Assembly: GCA_038228545.1 (NCBI GenBank)
Contig: JBBRPE010000002.1
Coordinates: 88,426 to 148,505 of the forward strand
DNA length: 60,080 bases
Direction: 5' to 3'
Origin: Minisyncoccia bacterium
GTDB lineage: Bacteria > Patescibacteriota > Minisyncoccia > Phycocordibacterales > Phycocordibacteraceae
In this document: positions 25,483-34,851 of the stretch, in pieces
Numbering within the stretch: the first letter of the stretch is position 1
How the letters are laid out: every line of letters begins with the position of its first letter
The notes under the pieces: generated by a model
The model's input: the letters and a program-made list of their open reading frames with translations, nothing else
Database searches by the model: none
Told to the model about the DNA's origin: nothing
Position numbers and translations under genes: made by a program

Positions 25483-26155
25483 TGTCCCAACATCGATAGG
25501 TCTCATCCTCGACGGAAACCGTCGCTGGGCGAAAGAGCAGGGCATACCTTCATTTGAAGGCCATCGTCGTGGCTACGAGAAGGTGAAAGACCTTGTTGAT
25601 TGGGCACAGGAAGCTGGAATTAAGGAAGTGATTGTGTACGCCTTCTCGACTGAGAATTGGAATCGCTCCGAAGAAGAAGTGTCGTATCTCATGAAGCTTC
25701 TCGAAGGAGCATTCGATGACTGGCTGAAAGAAATACAGGAGAAGGGAATACGAGTGCGATTCATCGGCGAGCGTGAACGTGTTGCTCCACACATAGTGGC
25801 TCGGATGAGTGATATGGAAGAAAAAACGAAAGATGCGACGAATGGTGTTCTTGCGATTGCTCTTTCCTACGGAGGGCGGGACGAAATACTTGATGCGGTG
25901 AACACACTGCTTGCCGAAGGACGTGACCAGGTCACGGCCGAAGAACTATCTGAAAAAATGTGGAGCGCCGGGCTCGCAGATCCCGACCTTATTATACGAA
26001 CAAGCGGTGAACAACGCCTCTCGAATTTTCTTACTTGGCAGTCAGCTTACAGTGAACTTTTTTTTACAAAAACAAAATGGCCAGCTTTCTCGAAAGAAGA
26101 ATTTAATTCGATACTTGGTGAGTATGCAGAGCGTGAACGCAGACACGGTAAATAA
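25475..26155 (+). CDS. uppS: Undecaprenyl diphosphate synthase
   Basis: GLILDGNRRWAKE, YAFSTENWNRS, IRTSGEQRLSNFLTWQSAYSELFF. Confidence 0.93.
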   Translation: MNNVPTSIGLILDGNRRWAKEQGIPSFEGHRRGYEKVKDLVDWAQEAGIKEVIVYAFSTENWNRSEEEVSYLMKLLEGAFDDWLKEIQEKGIRVRFIGERERVAPHIVARMSDMEEKTKDATNGVLAIALSYGGRDEILDAVNTLLAEGRDQVTAEELSEKMWSAGLADPDLIIRTSGEQRLSNFLTWQSAYSELFFTKTKWPAFSKEEFNSILGEYAERERRHGK

Positions 26156-26179
26156 GCTAAAGAATGGTAGGGTGTCCTC

Positions 26180-26920
26180 ATGAACCCGCAGATTCTGTAC
26201 GAAGACGACGATATCGTCGCAATTAACAAGCCGTCGGGCATCATGACGCACCCGGATGGCAAGACGACCGAGCAAACCGCGAGTGATTGGTTTGCTTCGA
26301 CATATCCAGCCTCAGCGGATGTCGGTGAATTGCAAAAGCTTCAGAACGGCGAAGAGATTCGTCGCCCGGGCATCGTGCATCGCCTCGATAAGGAAACGTC
26401 GGGCGTGCTGGTCTTCGCGAAGACTGCAGAGGCGCACGCGCTTATGAAAGCAGCATTCCAGGAACGCGAAGCACGTAAGACCTATCTCGCATTTGTATAC
26501 GGTGTGCTTAAGGAGAAGAAGGGAATTATAGATTTCCCCATTGGACGCTCGACGCAGGATTTCCGCTTACGCAGTGCGCAGCCAAAGGCAAAAGGTCTTC
26601 TTCGTGATGCTCTCACGCGTTGGGAGACAGTCTCAGACATCGGCACACACACGCTTCTAAAGGCCATGCCGGAGACAGGACGCACGCACCAGATTCGCGT
26701 CCATCTTAAGGCGATTCATCATCCAGTTGTCTGTGATTCACTCTACGCACCAAACCAGAAAGCTGACCTTGGATTCAATCGGTTGGGCCTTCATGCCTAC
26801 CAGCTACAGATAGCTGTCCCGTCCGGGGGCACGAAAGTCATCATTGCTCCGGTTCCGGAAGACCTTCGCGAGGCAATGGCGAAATTCCCTAAAACCGAGG
26901 AGTTTCTTGCCCGTACGTAG
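26180..26920 (+). CDS. RluA-family pseudouridine synthase
   Basis: [16 protein letters not shown], catalytic [27 protein letters not shown]. Confidence 0.9.
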   Translation: MNPQILYEDDDIVAINKPSGIMTHPDGKTTEQTASDWFASTYPASADVGELQKLQNGEEIRRPGIVHRLDKETSGVLVFAKTAEAHALMKAAFQEREARKTYLAFVYGVLKEKKGIIDFPIGRSTQDFRLRSAQPKAKGLLRDALTRWETVSDIGTHTLLKAMPETGRTHQIRVHLKAIHHPVVCDSLYAPNQKADLGFNRLGLHAYQLQIAVPSGGTKVIIAPVPEDLREAMAKFPKTEEFLART

Positions 26921-26945
26921 GGGCTGTGATACAGTTCTGACCACT

Positions 26946-27473
26946 ATGCAAGCGGTAATAACTCCGGTTTCAACTCAGGAACGCTCCAAACTCGGCATCC
27001 GCCCGGGCGACACGGTGCGTGTCCACCAGAAAGTCATTGAGAAGGGCAAGACTCGTATCCAGATGTTCGAGGGTCTCGTCATAGCCGTGAAGCACGGTAC
27101 AGAGGCAGGCGGCACCTTTACGGTACGTGCTCAACTGTCAGGCATTGGCGTCGAGAAGATTTTCCCACTCTACTCCCCAGTTATCGATAAAATTGAAATA
27201 ACCAAGCGCTCAAAGGTTCGTCGCGCAAAGCTCTACTTCATCCGTGAGAAGGTTGCTCGTGAAGTACGCCGCCAGCTCCGTAATATGCGCATGGTCAACA
27301 TGTCGACTGAGGACTTTAAAGAAGAGCCTGTTATGGAAGAAGTAGCTCCTGAAGAGGTCATGGAGGAAGCTCCAGCTATTGAGGCTTCGGAACCTGAAAC
27401 TCCAGCAGAAGAGGAGGCAGCAGCAGAAGCCGAGACACCTGTCGAAGAAGAAAAGAAGGAAGAAGCGGAATAA
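26946..27473 (+). CDS. rplS: 50S ribosomal protein L19 with about 60-aa acidic C-terminal extension
   Basis: Start at MQAVITPV (26946). Core is [35 protein letters not shown]....[14 protein letters not shown]. Tail is [18 protein letters not shown]...EEEKKEEAE. Confidence 0.9.
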   Translation: MQAVITPVSTQERSKLGIRPGDTVRVHQKVIEKGKTRIQMFEGLVIAVKHGTEAGGTFTVRAQLSGIGVEKIFPLYSPVIDKIEITKRSKVRRAKLYFIREKVAREVRRQLRNMRMVNMSTEDFKEEPVMEEVAPEEVMEEAPAIEASEPETPAEEEAAAEAETPVEEEKKEEAE

Positions 27474-27474
27474 A

Positions 27475-27514
27475 CAAAAGAAACGAGCGCCGTAACGGCG
27501 CTCGTTTCTTTTGT
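27475..27514 (+). terminator. rplS terminator
   Basis: ACAAAAGAAACGAGCGCC-GTAA-CGGCGCTCGTTTCTTTTGT. Confidence 0.8.
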
Positions 27515-27558
27515 ACAAAGAGGCCTTTCCCCTTACAGGGGCAGTCTATCTTTGCATT

Positions 27559-27746
27559 TTGTGCCCAGGAGAGGATCGCGAGTACGCTCTTGGTCACAAG
27601 TCATTCGTTCGTCGTCACTCACGAATGCTCGCGACCCCGCCTCGCGGGGCTCGTTGCTACTCGCCCAACGCTCCGGCATTCAAGTCCTTTCCTGGTGCTA
27701 CAAAATGAAGTCGCCGGACGCTTTCGCATCCGGCTCGTTCATATTG
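27559..27746. repeat. tRNA-linked element B: distal direct copy and inverted copy of the tRNA-Leu(GAG) 3' end around a GC-rich structured core
   Basis: TTGTGCCCAGGAGAGGA occurs at 27559-27575 and again at 27744-27760, the real tRNA end. Inverted copy TTCAAGTCCTTTCCTGGTGC at 27679-27698. Boxes shared with A (27576-27596) and C (27630-27644). Confidence 0.7.
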
Positions 27747-27828
27747 TGCCCAGGAGAGGACTTGAACCTCCACCCCCGAAAGGACATCCACCTCAAGGAT
27801 GCGTGTATACCAATTTCACCACCTGGGC
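27747..27828 (-). tRNA. tRNA-Leu (anticodon GAG)
   Basis: Acceptor GCCCAGG/CCTGGGC, anticodon stem CATCC/GGATG with loop TTGAGGT, variable arm TCCTTTCGGGGGT, T arm GGAGG-TTCAAGT-CCTCT. Confidence 0.9.
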
Positions 27829-27925
27829 AGGTGTGAGACGACTATAGCGCATGCATGGCCTTGATGCCAGAGTCGAATACAAAAGCTAATAATTTTAGCG
27901 CGTTCGTGTTATAACGCACCTACAT

Positions 27926-27999
27926 GGCGGCTTTAGCTCAGCTGGTAGAGCATCGGTTTGTGGTACCGACGGTCGTGGGTTCGAGCCCCACAAGTCGCC
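27926..27999 (+). tRNA. tRNA-His (anticodon GTG) with genome-encoded G-1
   Basis: G-1 (27926) opposite C73; acceptor GCGGCTT/AAGTCGC, anticodon stem TCGGT/ACCGA with loop TTGTGGT, T arm GTGGG-TTCGAGC-CCCAC. Confidence 0.9.
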
Positions 28000-28017
28000 C
28001 TAAAATATACTAAACAT

Positions 28018-28407
28018 ATGAAATCCTTCTTCGACGAATTTAAAGCCTTCGCGCTTCGCGGTAATGTGCTCGATCTCGCAATCGGAGTCGTTATTGGTAC
28101 TGCATTCTCAAAGATTACCGACTCATTTGTGACGAATATCATCACGCCGCCAATCGGTCTTTTCCTTGGCAAGATAGACTTTAAAGACCTCGCATTCCAT
28201 CTAGGGGGAACAGTGACGATTGGCTACGGCCTTTTTCTCCAGGCACTTCTTGATTTCGTTATTATTGCGTTTGTCCTCTTCCTGTTCGTACGTTTCATCA
28301 ACAAGATTGTTCGCGCAGAGCGTCACAAAGAGCCACAGCCTGAGGAAACAAAGAGTCCTGAGCTCGCTGTTCTTGAGGAAATCCGCGATTCACTCCGCAC
28401 TCGCTAG
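28018..28407 (+). CDS. mscL: Large-conductance mechanosensitive channel MscL
   Basis: MKSFFDEFKAFALRGNVLDLAIGVVIGTAFSKI... signature N-terminus; 129 aa from the internal ATG at 28018. Confidence 0.92.
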   Translation: MKSFFDEFKAFALRGNVLDLAIGVVIGTAFSKITDSFVTNIITPPIGLFLGKIDFKDLAFHLGGTVTIGYGLFLQALLDFVIIAFVLFLFVRFINKIVRAERHKEPQPEETKSPELAVLEEIRDSLRTR

Positions 28408-28466
28408 TGAGTTTCGACAGAAAAGCCTAGCGTGGCCGTCATGATGGTTATGCTAGGCTTTTCTCT

Positions 28467-29141
28467 ATGAAACAACTCATTGCAGGTATCGTCATTCTTA
28501 TAGTCGTTGGCATCGGAGGGTTCTTATACAGAAATGCACTTGAACGTCCTACAGTCACTCCTCCTCAAACAAATCAGCCGGTCGCGTGTACACAGGAAGC
28601 AAAGATTTGTCCTGATGGAACTTCAGTCGGCCGCACGGGAGCGAATTGTGAGTTCGCTGTCTGTGCTCCGCCGAATGCGGAAGACATCGCGACTGGAATT
28701 GCGTTTGCTGTACCGGTCGGCTACTTCGCAAATGCAGACGCTATAGGTGCTGACGAAACCCTCCGCGCGGTATTCGATAAACCGGCGAAGGGCACTGTCC
28801 CGAATTCTCTCATTATCAGAGACTTCCCAATCCTGGCCGGAAAGACAGCAAACGCAACCATTCTTGCGCACACAATGTATGAAACTTCAGGCAACCAAGC
28901 AAAATCGATGAGTGAGTTCACACCGAAACTTATAAATGGCAAAACGTTTTCGTGTGTGACACTTGAGCGCTTCGAGGGTCAGATACATACCGCCTGCTAT
29001 CTCGCGCGTACGGCGGACGTTCTTCGCTTCGAGATTCTTGAAAAAGACGTAATAAATTGGACAGACCCAAAACTCGTTATCGACTCGCTTCCCGAGCATA
29101 AAGCGTTCTACGGCATGCTCGCCACGCTTCAAACGAAGTAG
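28467..29141 (+). CDS. Hypothetical membrane-anchored/secreted protein
   Basis: N-terminal TM LIAGIVILIVVGIGGFLY, Cys-containing segment CTQEAKICPDGTSVGRTGANCEFAVC; no recognised domain. Confidence 0.55.
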   Translation: MKQLIAGIVILIVVGIGGFLYRNALERPTVTPPQTNQPVACTQEAKICPDGTSVGRTGANCEFAVCAPPNAEDIATGIAFAVPVGYFANADAIGADETLRAVFDKPAKGTVPNSLIIRDFPILAGKTANATILAHTMYETSGNQAKSMSEFTPKLINGKTFSCVTLERFEGQIHTACYLARTADVLRFEILEKDVINWTDPKLVIDSLPEHKAFYGMLATLQTK

Positions 29142-29181
29142 TGGGTATACTTATCTACATTACAAACTTATTTGAATCCAC

Positions 29182-29979
29182 ATGAATTCTTCCTCCCTAG
29201 ACGACATACTGAACAACACTACAGTCCGTATAGCTATCGTCGGTGTGCTCGCGATACTCGCGCTATTTCTATTCGCTGAAACCTGGTCCGTCGTCAACGG
29301 CATCAGCAGTACCGACCTTTCGACTATTCCAACCATTACGGTAGATGGTACCGGCAAGGCATCTGCTGCACCCACTATCGCGCAGATTGATTTCACCGTT
29401 CAAGAGAATGCAGCAACGACTAACGCTGCTCAGGACGCAGCTACCAAGCGAACAGATGCGGCGCTTGCTGCCATAAAAAAGCTCGGTGTCGCGGATTCGG
29501 ACGTACAAGCAAGCGGCTACCAAATAAACCCACAGTATACTGCGTCACCCTGCCCTCCCGGTGTGTACTGTCCTGCTTCAAACGAGAAGATATCAGGCTA
29601 CCAAGCATCGGAAACCATTACAGTGAAAGTCCGCGATACCGCGAAGGCGGGTGATGTGCTTCAAGCATTGGGCACCGCAGGTGTGCAGAATGTGTCCGGA
29701 CCGAATTTCATGGTGGACGACGCTTCCGCAGTTACTGCAGAAGCGCGCGGTAAGGCTATTGCTGACGCGCATACGAAGGCCCAGGTGCTTGCAGGTCAGC
29801 TCGGTGTGCGTTTGGGTAAGGTGGTTGGGTTCTCCGAAAACGGTTCCGGGCCTATGCCGTATTTCGCGACCGGGAAAGCCTCTGCTGCTATGGATGTGCA
29901 GGCAGCACGAGCCCCGTCGCTTCCACCAGGACAAAACGAAACAGACGCAAATGTGAGTATTACGTACGAGATTCGTTAG
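29182..29979 (+). CDS. SIMPL/DUF541-family secreted protein
   Basis: N-terminal TM, then ..SGYQINPQY.., ISGYQASETITVKVRD..AGDVL.A, ARGKAIADAHTKAQVLAGQLGVRLGKVVGFSE; the typical DUF541 pattern. Confidence 0.75.
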   Translation: MNSSSLDDILNNTTVRIAIVGVLAILALFLFAETWSVVNGISSTDLSTIPTITVDGTGKASAAPTIAQIDFTVQENAATTNAAQDAATKRTDAALAAIKKLGVADSDVQASGYQINPQYTASPCPPGVYCPASNEKISGYQASETITVKVRDTAKAGDVLQALGTAGVQNVSGPNFMVDDASAVTAEARGKAIADAHTKAQVLAGQLGVRLGKVVGFSENGSGPMPYFATGKASAAMDVQAARAPSLPPGQNETDANVSITYEIR

Positions 29980-29989
29980 GTACTCACTC

Positions 29990-30029
29990 AAATGAAAACA
30001 CCCCGCCCTCGGGCGGGGTGTTTTCATTT
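29990..30029 (+). terminator. Terminator after the SIMPL gene
   Basis: AAATGAAAACACCCCGCCC-TC-GGGCGGGGTGTTTTCATTT. Confidence 0.8.
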
Positions 30030-30056
30030 GACATAGTAAGCAGGCCGTACTATCAT
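30028..30056 (+). promoter_or_regulatory. Sigma-70-like promoter upstream of secE-nusG
   Basis: TTGACA (30028-30033), 17-nt spacer, TATCAT (30051-30056). Followed by hairpin AAGGCC-TGCG-GGCCTT plus T6 at about 30067-30090. Confidence 0.45.
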
Positions 30057-30105
30057 ACTTTTATTCAAGGCCTGCGGGCCTTTTTTATTAACACAACTGA
30101 CTGGT

Positions 30106-30288
30106 ATGAAATCATTCTTCACCTATCTCAAGAATGTTCGCGCAGAAATGGCTCACGTCGTTTGGCCTGATCGTAATCAGGCAATTCTTCACACCATACT
30201 TATCATCGTCATCTCGGCGGTGCTTGCGCTTCTCATCGCCGGACTCGACTACGTCTTCACGGGCGTCGTGAGTCGTATCGTCGGCTAG
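30106..30288 (+). CDS. secE: Preprotein translocase subunit SecE
   Basis: 60 aa, ..YLKNVRAEMAHVVWPDRNQ.. followed by a single TM; immediately upstream of nusG. Confidence 0.88.
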   Translation: MKSFFTYLKNVRAEMAHVVWPDRNQAILHTILIIVISAVLALLIAGLDYVFTGVVSRIVG

Positions 30289-30313
30289 TGTCAGCCTCCT
30301 AATTTCTTCGCCT

Positions 30314-30883
30314 ATGGAAATGAAAACAAGCCCACAGTTCAACGAAGATTCTGCTAATGCGGAACCACGTTGGTACACCATTCATACGTACGCTGGCTAC
30401 GAAAACGCTGTTGAGCGTAACTTGAAGCAGCGCATCGAGTCTCTCGGCATGGAGGGAAAGATTTTTGAAGTTGTCGTACCGACCGAAAAGAAGATTCGTG
30501 TTAAGGCAGGGAAGCGCATTGTTGAGGAAGAGAAGATTTATCCGGGTTACATTCTTGTCCGTATGATTGTGGACGAGGATTCGTGGTTCGTCGTGCGCAA
30601 CACACCCCGCGTGACCGGTTTCGTTGGTTCCGGCACCACTCCGGTTCCTATGGAAGAGAGTGAAATTGCCACTCTTATGAAGCGTATGGGTCAGGAGGCT
30701 CCAAAGCATCGCATTGACCTTCAGAAAGATGACCCTGTAGTTATCGGCGATGGTCCGTTCAAGGACCTTGAAGGCAAGGTGGGCGAAATTGACGAGGACC
30801 GCGGCAAGGTAAAAGTACTCGTTTCCATGTTCGGTCGTGAGACGCCGGTTGAACTCGATTTCTTGCAGATTCGCAAGCTGTAA
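30314..30883 (+). CDS. nusG: Transcription termination/antitermination factor NusG
   Basis: WYTIHTYAGYENAV NGN domain, C-terminal KOW (GDGPFKDLEGKVGEID..KVKVLVSMFGRETPVEL). Confidence 0.93.
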   Translation: MEMKTSPQFNEDSANAEPRWYTIHTYAGYENAVERNLKQRIESLGMEGKIFEVVVPTEKKIRVKAGKRIVEEEKIYPGYILVRMIVDEDSWFVVRNTPRVTGFVGSGTTPVPMEESEIATLMKRMGQEAPKHRIDLQKDDPVVIGDGPFKDLEGKVGEIDEDRGKVKVLVSMFGRETPVELDFLQIRKL

Positions 30884-31024
30884 AGGGAAGGAATAATTCG
30901 TTTACGAATTATTCCAGACACTTTCGCATGGTTTCTGGCGGGGTCGCCCCGCGACGGAAACCAGGTGTCGCTCAAATACCTCAAATTGACCTAAACCATT
31001 ATTTACGATAGATTCCAGTGACAT

Positions 31025-31447
31025 ATGGCAAAAGTAGTAAAGATAATCAAACTCCAGATCCCAGCAGGGAAGGCTACACCGGCTCCACCGGTGGGTACCG
31101 TGCTTGGACCAGCTGGCGTTAACATTGGCGATTTCGTCAACAAGTTCAACGAGGCTACTCGTGAGCGTGCTGGCTCTATCGTGCCGGTTGAAATGACCGT
31201 TTACGACGATCGCACCTTTACCTTGGTTTACAAGGTATCTCCTATGTCCCGCCTCATCCTCGCGGCTGTCGGCGTTGATAAGGGTTCAGGCAAGGCGCCA
31301 AACGCTAAAGTCGGCAATCTGACGGCAGAGCAGATTAAGGAGATTGCACAGACTAAGATGCCTGACCTCTCAGCAGCAACGCTCGAAGCTGCTATGAAGA
31401 CTGTAGAAGGTACTGCACGCTCCATGGGTGTCGGCACACCGAACTAA
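31025..31447 (+). CDS. rplK: 50S ribosomal protein L11
   Basis: [34 protein letters not shown]; 140 aa; after secE-nusG. Confidence 0.95.
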   Translation: MAKVVKIIKLQIPAGKATPAPPVGTVLGPAGVNIGDFVNKFNEATRERAGSIVPVEMTVYDDRTFTLVYKVSPMSRLILAAVGVDKGSGKAPNAKVGNLTAEQIKEIAQTKMPDLSAATLEAAMKTVEGTARSMGVGTPN

Positions 31448-31579
31448 CTAAAATCCTCACCTGCTTTGTTGCGGGTCCCATCCGGCTCATCCGCCGTATA
31501 GCGCATACGTCTACTTCGCCGGATTTCCCGCGCCGCGCATGTGAAAATTTTCGAATAGTTCATCCGGGAACTTAGAACG

Positions 31580-31614
31580 GAAAATACCCATGACATTGCG
31601 TCATGGGTATTTTC
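31580..31614 (+). terminator. Terminator downstream of rplK
   Basis: GAAAATACCCATGAC-ATTGC-GTCATGGGTATTTTC. Confidence 0.7.
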
Positions 31615-31629
31615 ATTTACAGTCGGGCT

Positions 31630-32379
31630 ATGGAGATACTCCCTATTCGCGTACGCCCGCTCAGGGCCCCACAAGACGATATACGTACTGCATTTGCCGC
31701 ATCCCGACTGAAATTAAAGGACGGCGACATTGTGGCCGTTTCCTCAAAGGTGGTTTCTATATCTGAGGGAAGAACCGTCCTTGTGGAAGGTACCGATAAG
31801 GAAAAGCTTGTAGAAAATGAGGCTGATTGGTTTATTCGCACTGACTCATCGAAGTATCGTCGCCGCTTCACTATTGCGAAAGGCGCGATGGCAGGCTCGG
31901 CAGGCATAGACCAAAGCAACGGAAATGGCTACTACGTCCTCTATCCTACCCACCCGTTTGTGAGTGCGAAACGCCTTCGTGCGTGGCTCATAAAGACCTA
32001 TGGTGTGAAAAAGATAGGAGTGATCATAACGGATTCCACCTCTATTCCCATGCGTCGAGGCGCTATCGGGTTTGCCCTTTCGTGGGACGGCTTCGTACCT
32101 CTTCGAGACTATCGAAACAAGAAGGATATCTTTGGTCGGGAGTTTAAAGTTGAGGTCGCAAATATAGCTGACGGCCTCGCGGCGGCGGCCGTTGTTTCCA
32201 TGGGAGAAGGAGATGAACAGACGCCAGTTGCTGTCATTCGCGGCGCTACTGTTGAGTGGGGTAATCGAAAAACAAAGGAGCCGCTTATTACAGCGGCTCC
32301 CAAGGATGATATGTTCGCCCCGCTTCTGTTTATGTCGAAAGGGTGGCGTCGCGGACGTAGCGGACGAAGTCGTAGCTAA
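31630..32379 (+). CDS. CofE-like (F420-0:gamma-glutamyl ligase family) protein
   Basis: DGDIVAVSSKVVSISEGR, GSAGIDQSNGNG, GVIITDSTSIPMRRGAIGFALSWDGF. Start moved to MEILPIRV because 31603 lies inside the terminator hairpin. Confidence 0.7.
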   Translation: MEILPIRVRPLRAPQDDIRTAFAASRLKLKDGDIVAVSSKVVSISEGRTVLVEGTDKEKLVENEADWFIRTDSSKYRRRFTIAKGAMAGSAGIDQSNGNGYYVLYPTHPFVSAKRLRAWLIKTYGVKKIGVIITDSTSIPMRRGAIGFALSWDGFVPLRDYRNKKDIFGREFKVEVANIADGLAAAAVVSMGEGDEQTPVAVIRGATVEWGNRKTKEPLITAAPKDDMFAPLLFMSKGWRRGRSGRSRS

Positions 32380-32839
32380 TTCCGTTTTCTTCACGCGGTT
32401 CACGCGACACTTCGGTGAAGCCCGAGAACACGGGGAAGTGTACGTCACCATCCGTGTCGTCGTGGACTTCAGTTAGATCGAGCACATCTGCTCGCGCGAG
32501 TGCCGCTTCGTAGATACGCTCGCCGCCGATAGCCCACGCAGTTGCGTCCGGGTGCCCCTCGTCTTCAGCAATTTTGAAGGCTTCCGGAAACGAACGAGCC
32601 ACGAACACGCCGGGTGGTGCAAACGATTCATCACTGGTAACGACGATGTTGATGCGTTTCGGGAGGGGCCGAAATTCGTGCGGCAAACTCTCCCAGGTGA
32701 GACGACCCATTATGACCGGTTCTCCTCGAGTAACCTCTCGGAAGTGGTTCTTGTCTCCCGGAAGCTCCCAGATAAGTTTGCCCCCTGCGCCGATAGCACG
32801 TGTCGTTGTTGAGTACGCTGCAATAAGTCCAAGTTTCAT
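32330..32839 (-). CDS. folA: Dihydrofolate reductase
   Basis: GLIAAYS..RAIG..GKLIWELPGDKNHFREVTRGEPVIMGRLTWESLP, GGERIYEAAL. Confidence 0.9.
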   Translation of the reverse strand: MKLGLIAAYSTTTRAIGAGGKLIWELPGDKNHFREVTRGEPVIMGRLTWESLPHEFRPLPKRINIVVTSDESFAPPGVFVARSFPEAFKIAEDEGHPDATAWAIGGERIYEAALARADVLDLTEVHDDTDGDVHFPVFSGFTEVSREPREENGISYDFVRYVRDATLST

Positions 32840-33300
32840 GATTCTAGTCCTCCTTCGGACGAGTATAGAGTAGTTGCTCCCGTTTTGCGATTAACTACAA
32901 ACACGTAGTCCATGGCCTGGTCCCAGCTCTCTCGGCTAAGAGGTATCGGCGAAAACTGGTCATCGAAGCAGAAGCCGATGCGTAGCCACTCTCGTGGCAC
33001 ATGCGCAAGAAAACGGTCATACCATCCACCACCCTGGCCATGTCTCGTGCCAGCGGCGTCAAACTGTCGCCCCGGTATAAGAACGGCGGTTGCGACACCT
33101 CCACTCGCCGCGACCGCTTTCCCTGCTTCCTCGAACGGGTCTTTCAAGGCGCGTCGCGGCATTTCGTAGATATGCGCCGTTTGCGGGAGCGTACTGTAAT
33201 CCAAAACAGACACCTCCGTACGTAGTGGCTGGTACGTTATAAACGTCGAGTAGGTAGAAAGAAGTGAATTGAGAATACTTACTTCGTCTTCTTGTGCCAT
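32836..33300 (-). CDS. 5-formyltetrahydrofolate cyclo-ligase family protein
   Basis: VLIPGRQFDAAGTRHGQGGGWYDRFL motif; 154 aa; embedded in the folate/thymidylate cluster. Confidence 0.65.
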   Translation of the reverse strand: MAQEDEVSILNSLLSTYSTFITYQPLRTEVSVLDYSTLPQTAHIYEMPRRALKDPFEEAGKAVAASGGVATAVLIPGRQFDAAGTRHGQGGGWYDRFLAHVPREWLRIGFCFDDQFSPIPLSRESWDQAMDYVFVVNRKTGATTLYSSEGGLES

Positions 33301-33980
33301 GGCTGCTTCTTCTTAATATCCTTATCTGCCCAAAGCTTCGGAAGCATCATCTCCGGCTTCCATTCCTTCTTGAGCTTACTGACATCAGTTGAGCTGGCAT
33401 ACTTTCCGGTCGCAGCGTAGTCCTTTGCGAGAATTGGTCCGGTCTCGAAAAAAATAATCTGTGCGATACGACGGCCGACGACAAGCGGAATAATATAATT
33501 CTTCGAATTGTTCGTTATTTCCATCGTCCAGCGATTAATGTACCCGACATCGCCCCAGCCTGCGCACTTGCAGACCTCTATGAAATTGCGTCCGAGAGAG
33601 GAGCGGGCCTTCATCATGGTGGTGATGTGGTCCTTCCCACCAATGAATTCCTGAGTATGGGCGAGGATAGTTTCTCCCGGACGGAGCACGATGACCTTAT
33701 CATCTTGGTGGATACCGTCGAATTCGAAATTGTATTTTTTAAAAGCTTCCTTGGCGGTTACAGCACGTTCGACTTTTTTTGCGCCCCACACGTGCTCCAT
33801 GTGCTCCTGACTCCAAATATTGTAAAGCGCATGGTTGTAGTTCGGTGGTTGTTCACGGAAGAAATATTCCCCGAGCGTTACGTCGTAACTGCTGGTTGCG
33901 AGTTGACCCTTATCGAACGGAACGATAACGACGTCGCCCTTCTTCATTTCCTCAAGGATTCGTTTGTCTGAAAGTGCCAT
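33279..33980 (-). CDS. dCTP deaminase/dUTPase-superfamily protein (long Dcd-like form)
   Basis: MALSDKRILEEM..G...V.PFD..QL..SSYDVTLG N-terminus; ..GWGDVGY..RWTMEI.N.S...IPL..G.RIAQIIF. Confidence 0.75.
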   Translation of the reverse strand: MALSDKRILEEMKKGDVVIVPFDKGQLATSSYDVTLGEYFFREQPPNYNHALYNIWSQEHMEHVWGAKKVERAVTAKEAFKKYNFEFDGIHQDDKVIVLRPGETILAHTQEFIGGKDHITTMMKARSSLGRNFIEVCKCAGWGDVGYINRWTMEITNNSKNYIIPLVVGRRIAQIIFFETGPILAKDYAATGKYASSTDVSKLKKEWKPEMMLPKLWADKDIKKKQPWHKKTK

Positions 33981-33997
33981 AGTTTTCCGAGTATACC

Positions 33998-34831
33998 CTA
34001 GACCGCCATCGGAGCCTTAATGGAAGGATGGGATTCGTAGTCTTCTAGCTTTATGTCATCCATCGTGAAGTTGTTGATGTCCGTAACTTCAGGATTGAGC
34101 CACAGCTTAGGTGCTTTCATAGGCTCGCGAGAAAGTTGCTCCTTCACAGCATCAAAATGATTCAGATAGATATGTGTGTCGCCAAGCGAATGGATAAACT
34201 CATAGGCTTCGAGGCCGGTCACTTGAGCAACCATGTGGAGAAGAAGCGAATACGAGGCGATGTTGAATGGTACGCCGAGGAACATGTCGCAGGAACGCTG
34301 ATGCATGAAGAGCGAGAGTTTCCCATCGGCCACAAAGAACTGGAAAAATATATGGCAGGGGGGGAGTGCCATTTGGTCGAGCTCGCCAGGATTCCACGCG
34401 CTCACGATAAGGCGTCTGCTGTTTGGGTCTTTTTTGATTTGCTCTATAACATCGGCAATTTGGTCTACGGTCGTTCCGTCAGGACGTTGCCATTTTCTCC
34501 ACTGCACGCCATACACACGACCGAGGTCGCCGGGGAACGTTGCTTTCGGAGTCCAATAGTCAGCCTCCGCGTTTGCTGTCCATATCGTTTTATCGGTACC
34601 GTTCAACTCCTTCAGACGATTGTCGTCCATACTTCCCTCGAGGAACCACAGAAGCTCACTCTTCACCGCTTTGAATGCGAGTTTCTTTGTGGTTACGGCT
34701 GGGAAGCCAGCTTTCATGTTAAACCGCATTGATTGTGCAAAGAGTGCTCGAGTACCGGTACCGGTACGATCATCTCTGTCGACGCCATGCTCCAAAACAT
34801 CTTTCAATACATCGAGATAGGTACGTTCCAT
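33998..34831 (-). CDS. thyA: Thymidylate synthase (ThyA type)
   Basis: [35 protein letters not shown] (catalytic Cys), [15 protein letters not shown]. Confidence 0.95.
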   Translation of the reverse strand: MERTYLDVLKDVLEHGVDRDDRTGTGTRALFAQSMRFNMKAGFPAVTTKKLAFKAVKSELLWFLEGSMDDNRLKELNGTDKTIWTANAEADYWTPKATFPGDLGRVYGVQWRKWQRPDGTTVDQIADVIEQIKKDPNSRRLIVSAWNPGELDQMALPPCHIFFQFFVADGKLSLFMHQRSCDMFLGVPFNIASYSLLLHMVAQVTGLEAYEFIHSLGDTHIYLNHFDAVKEQLSREPMKAPKLWLNPEVTDINNFTMDDIKLEDYESHPSIKAPMAV

Positions 34832-34851
34832 ATGCCCAGTATACTAGGAGT

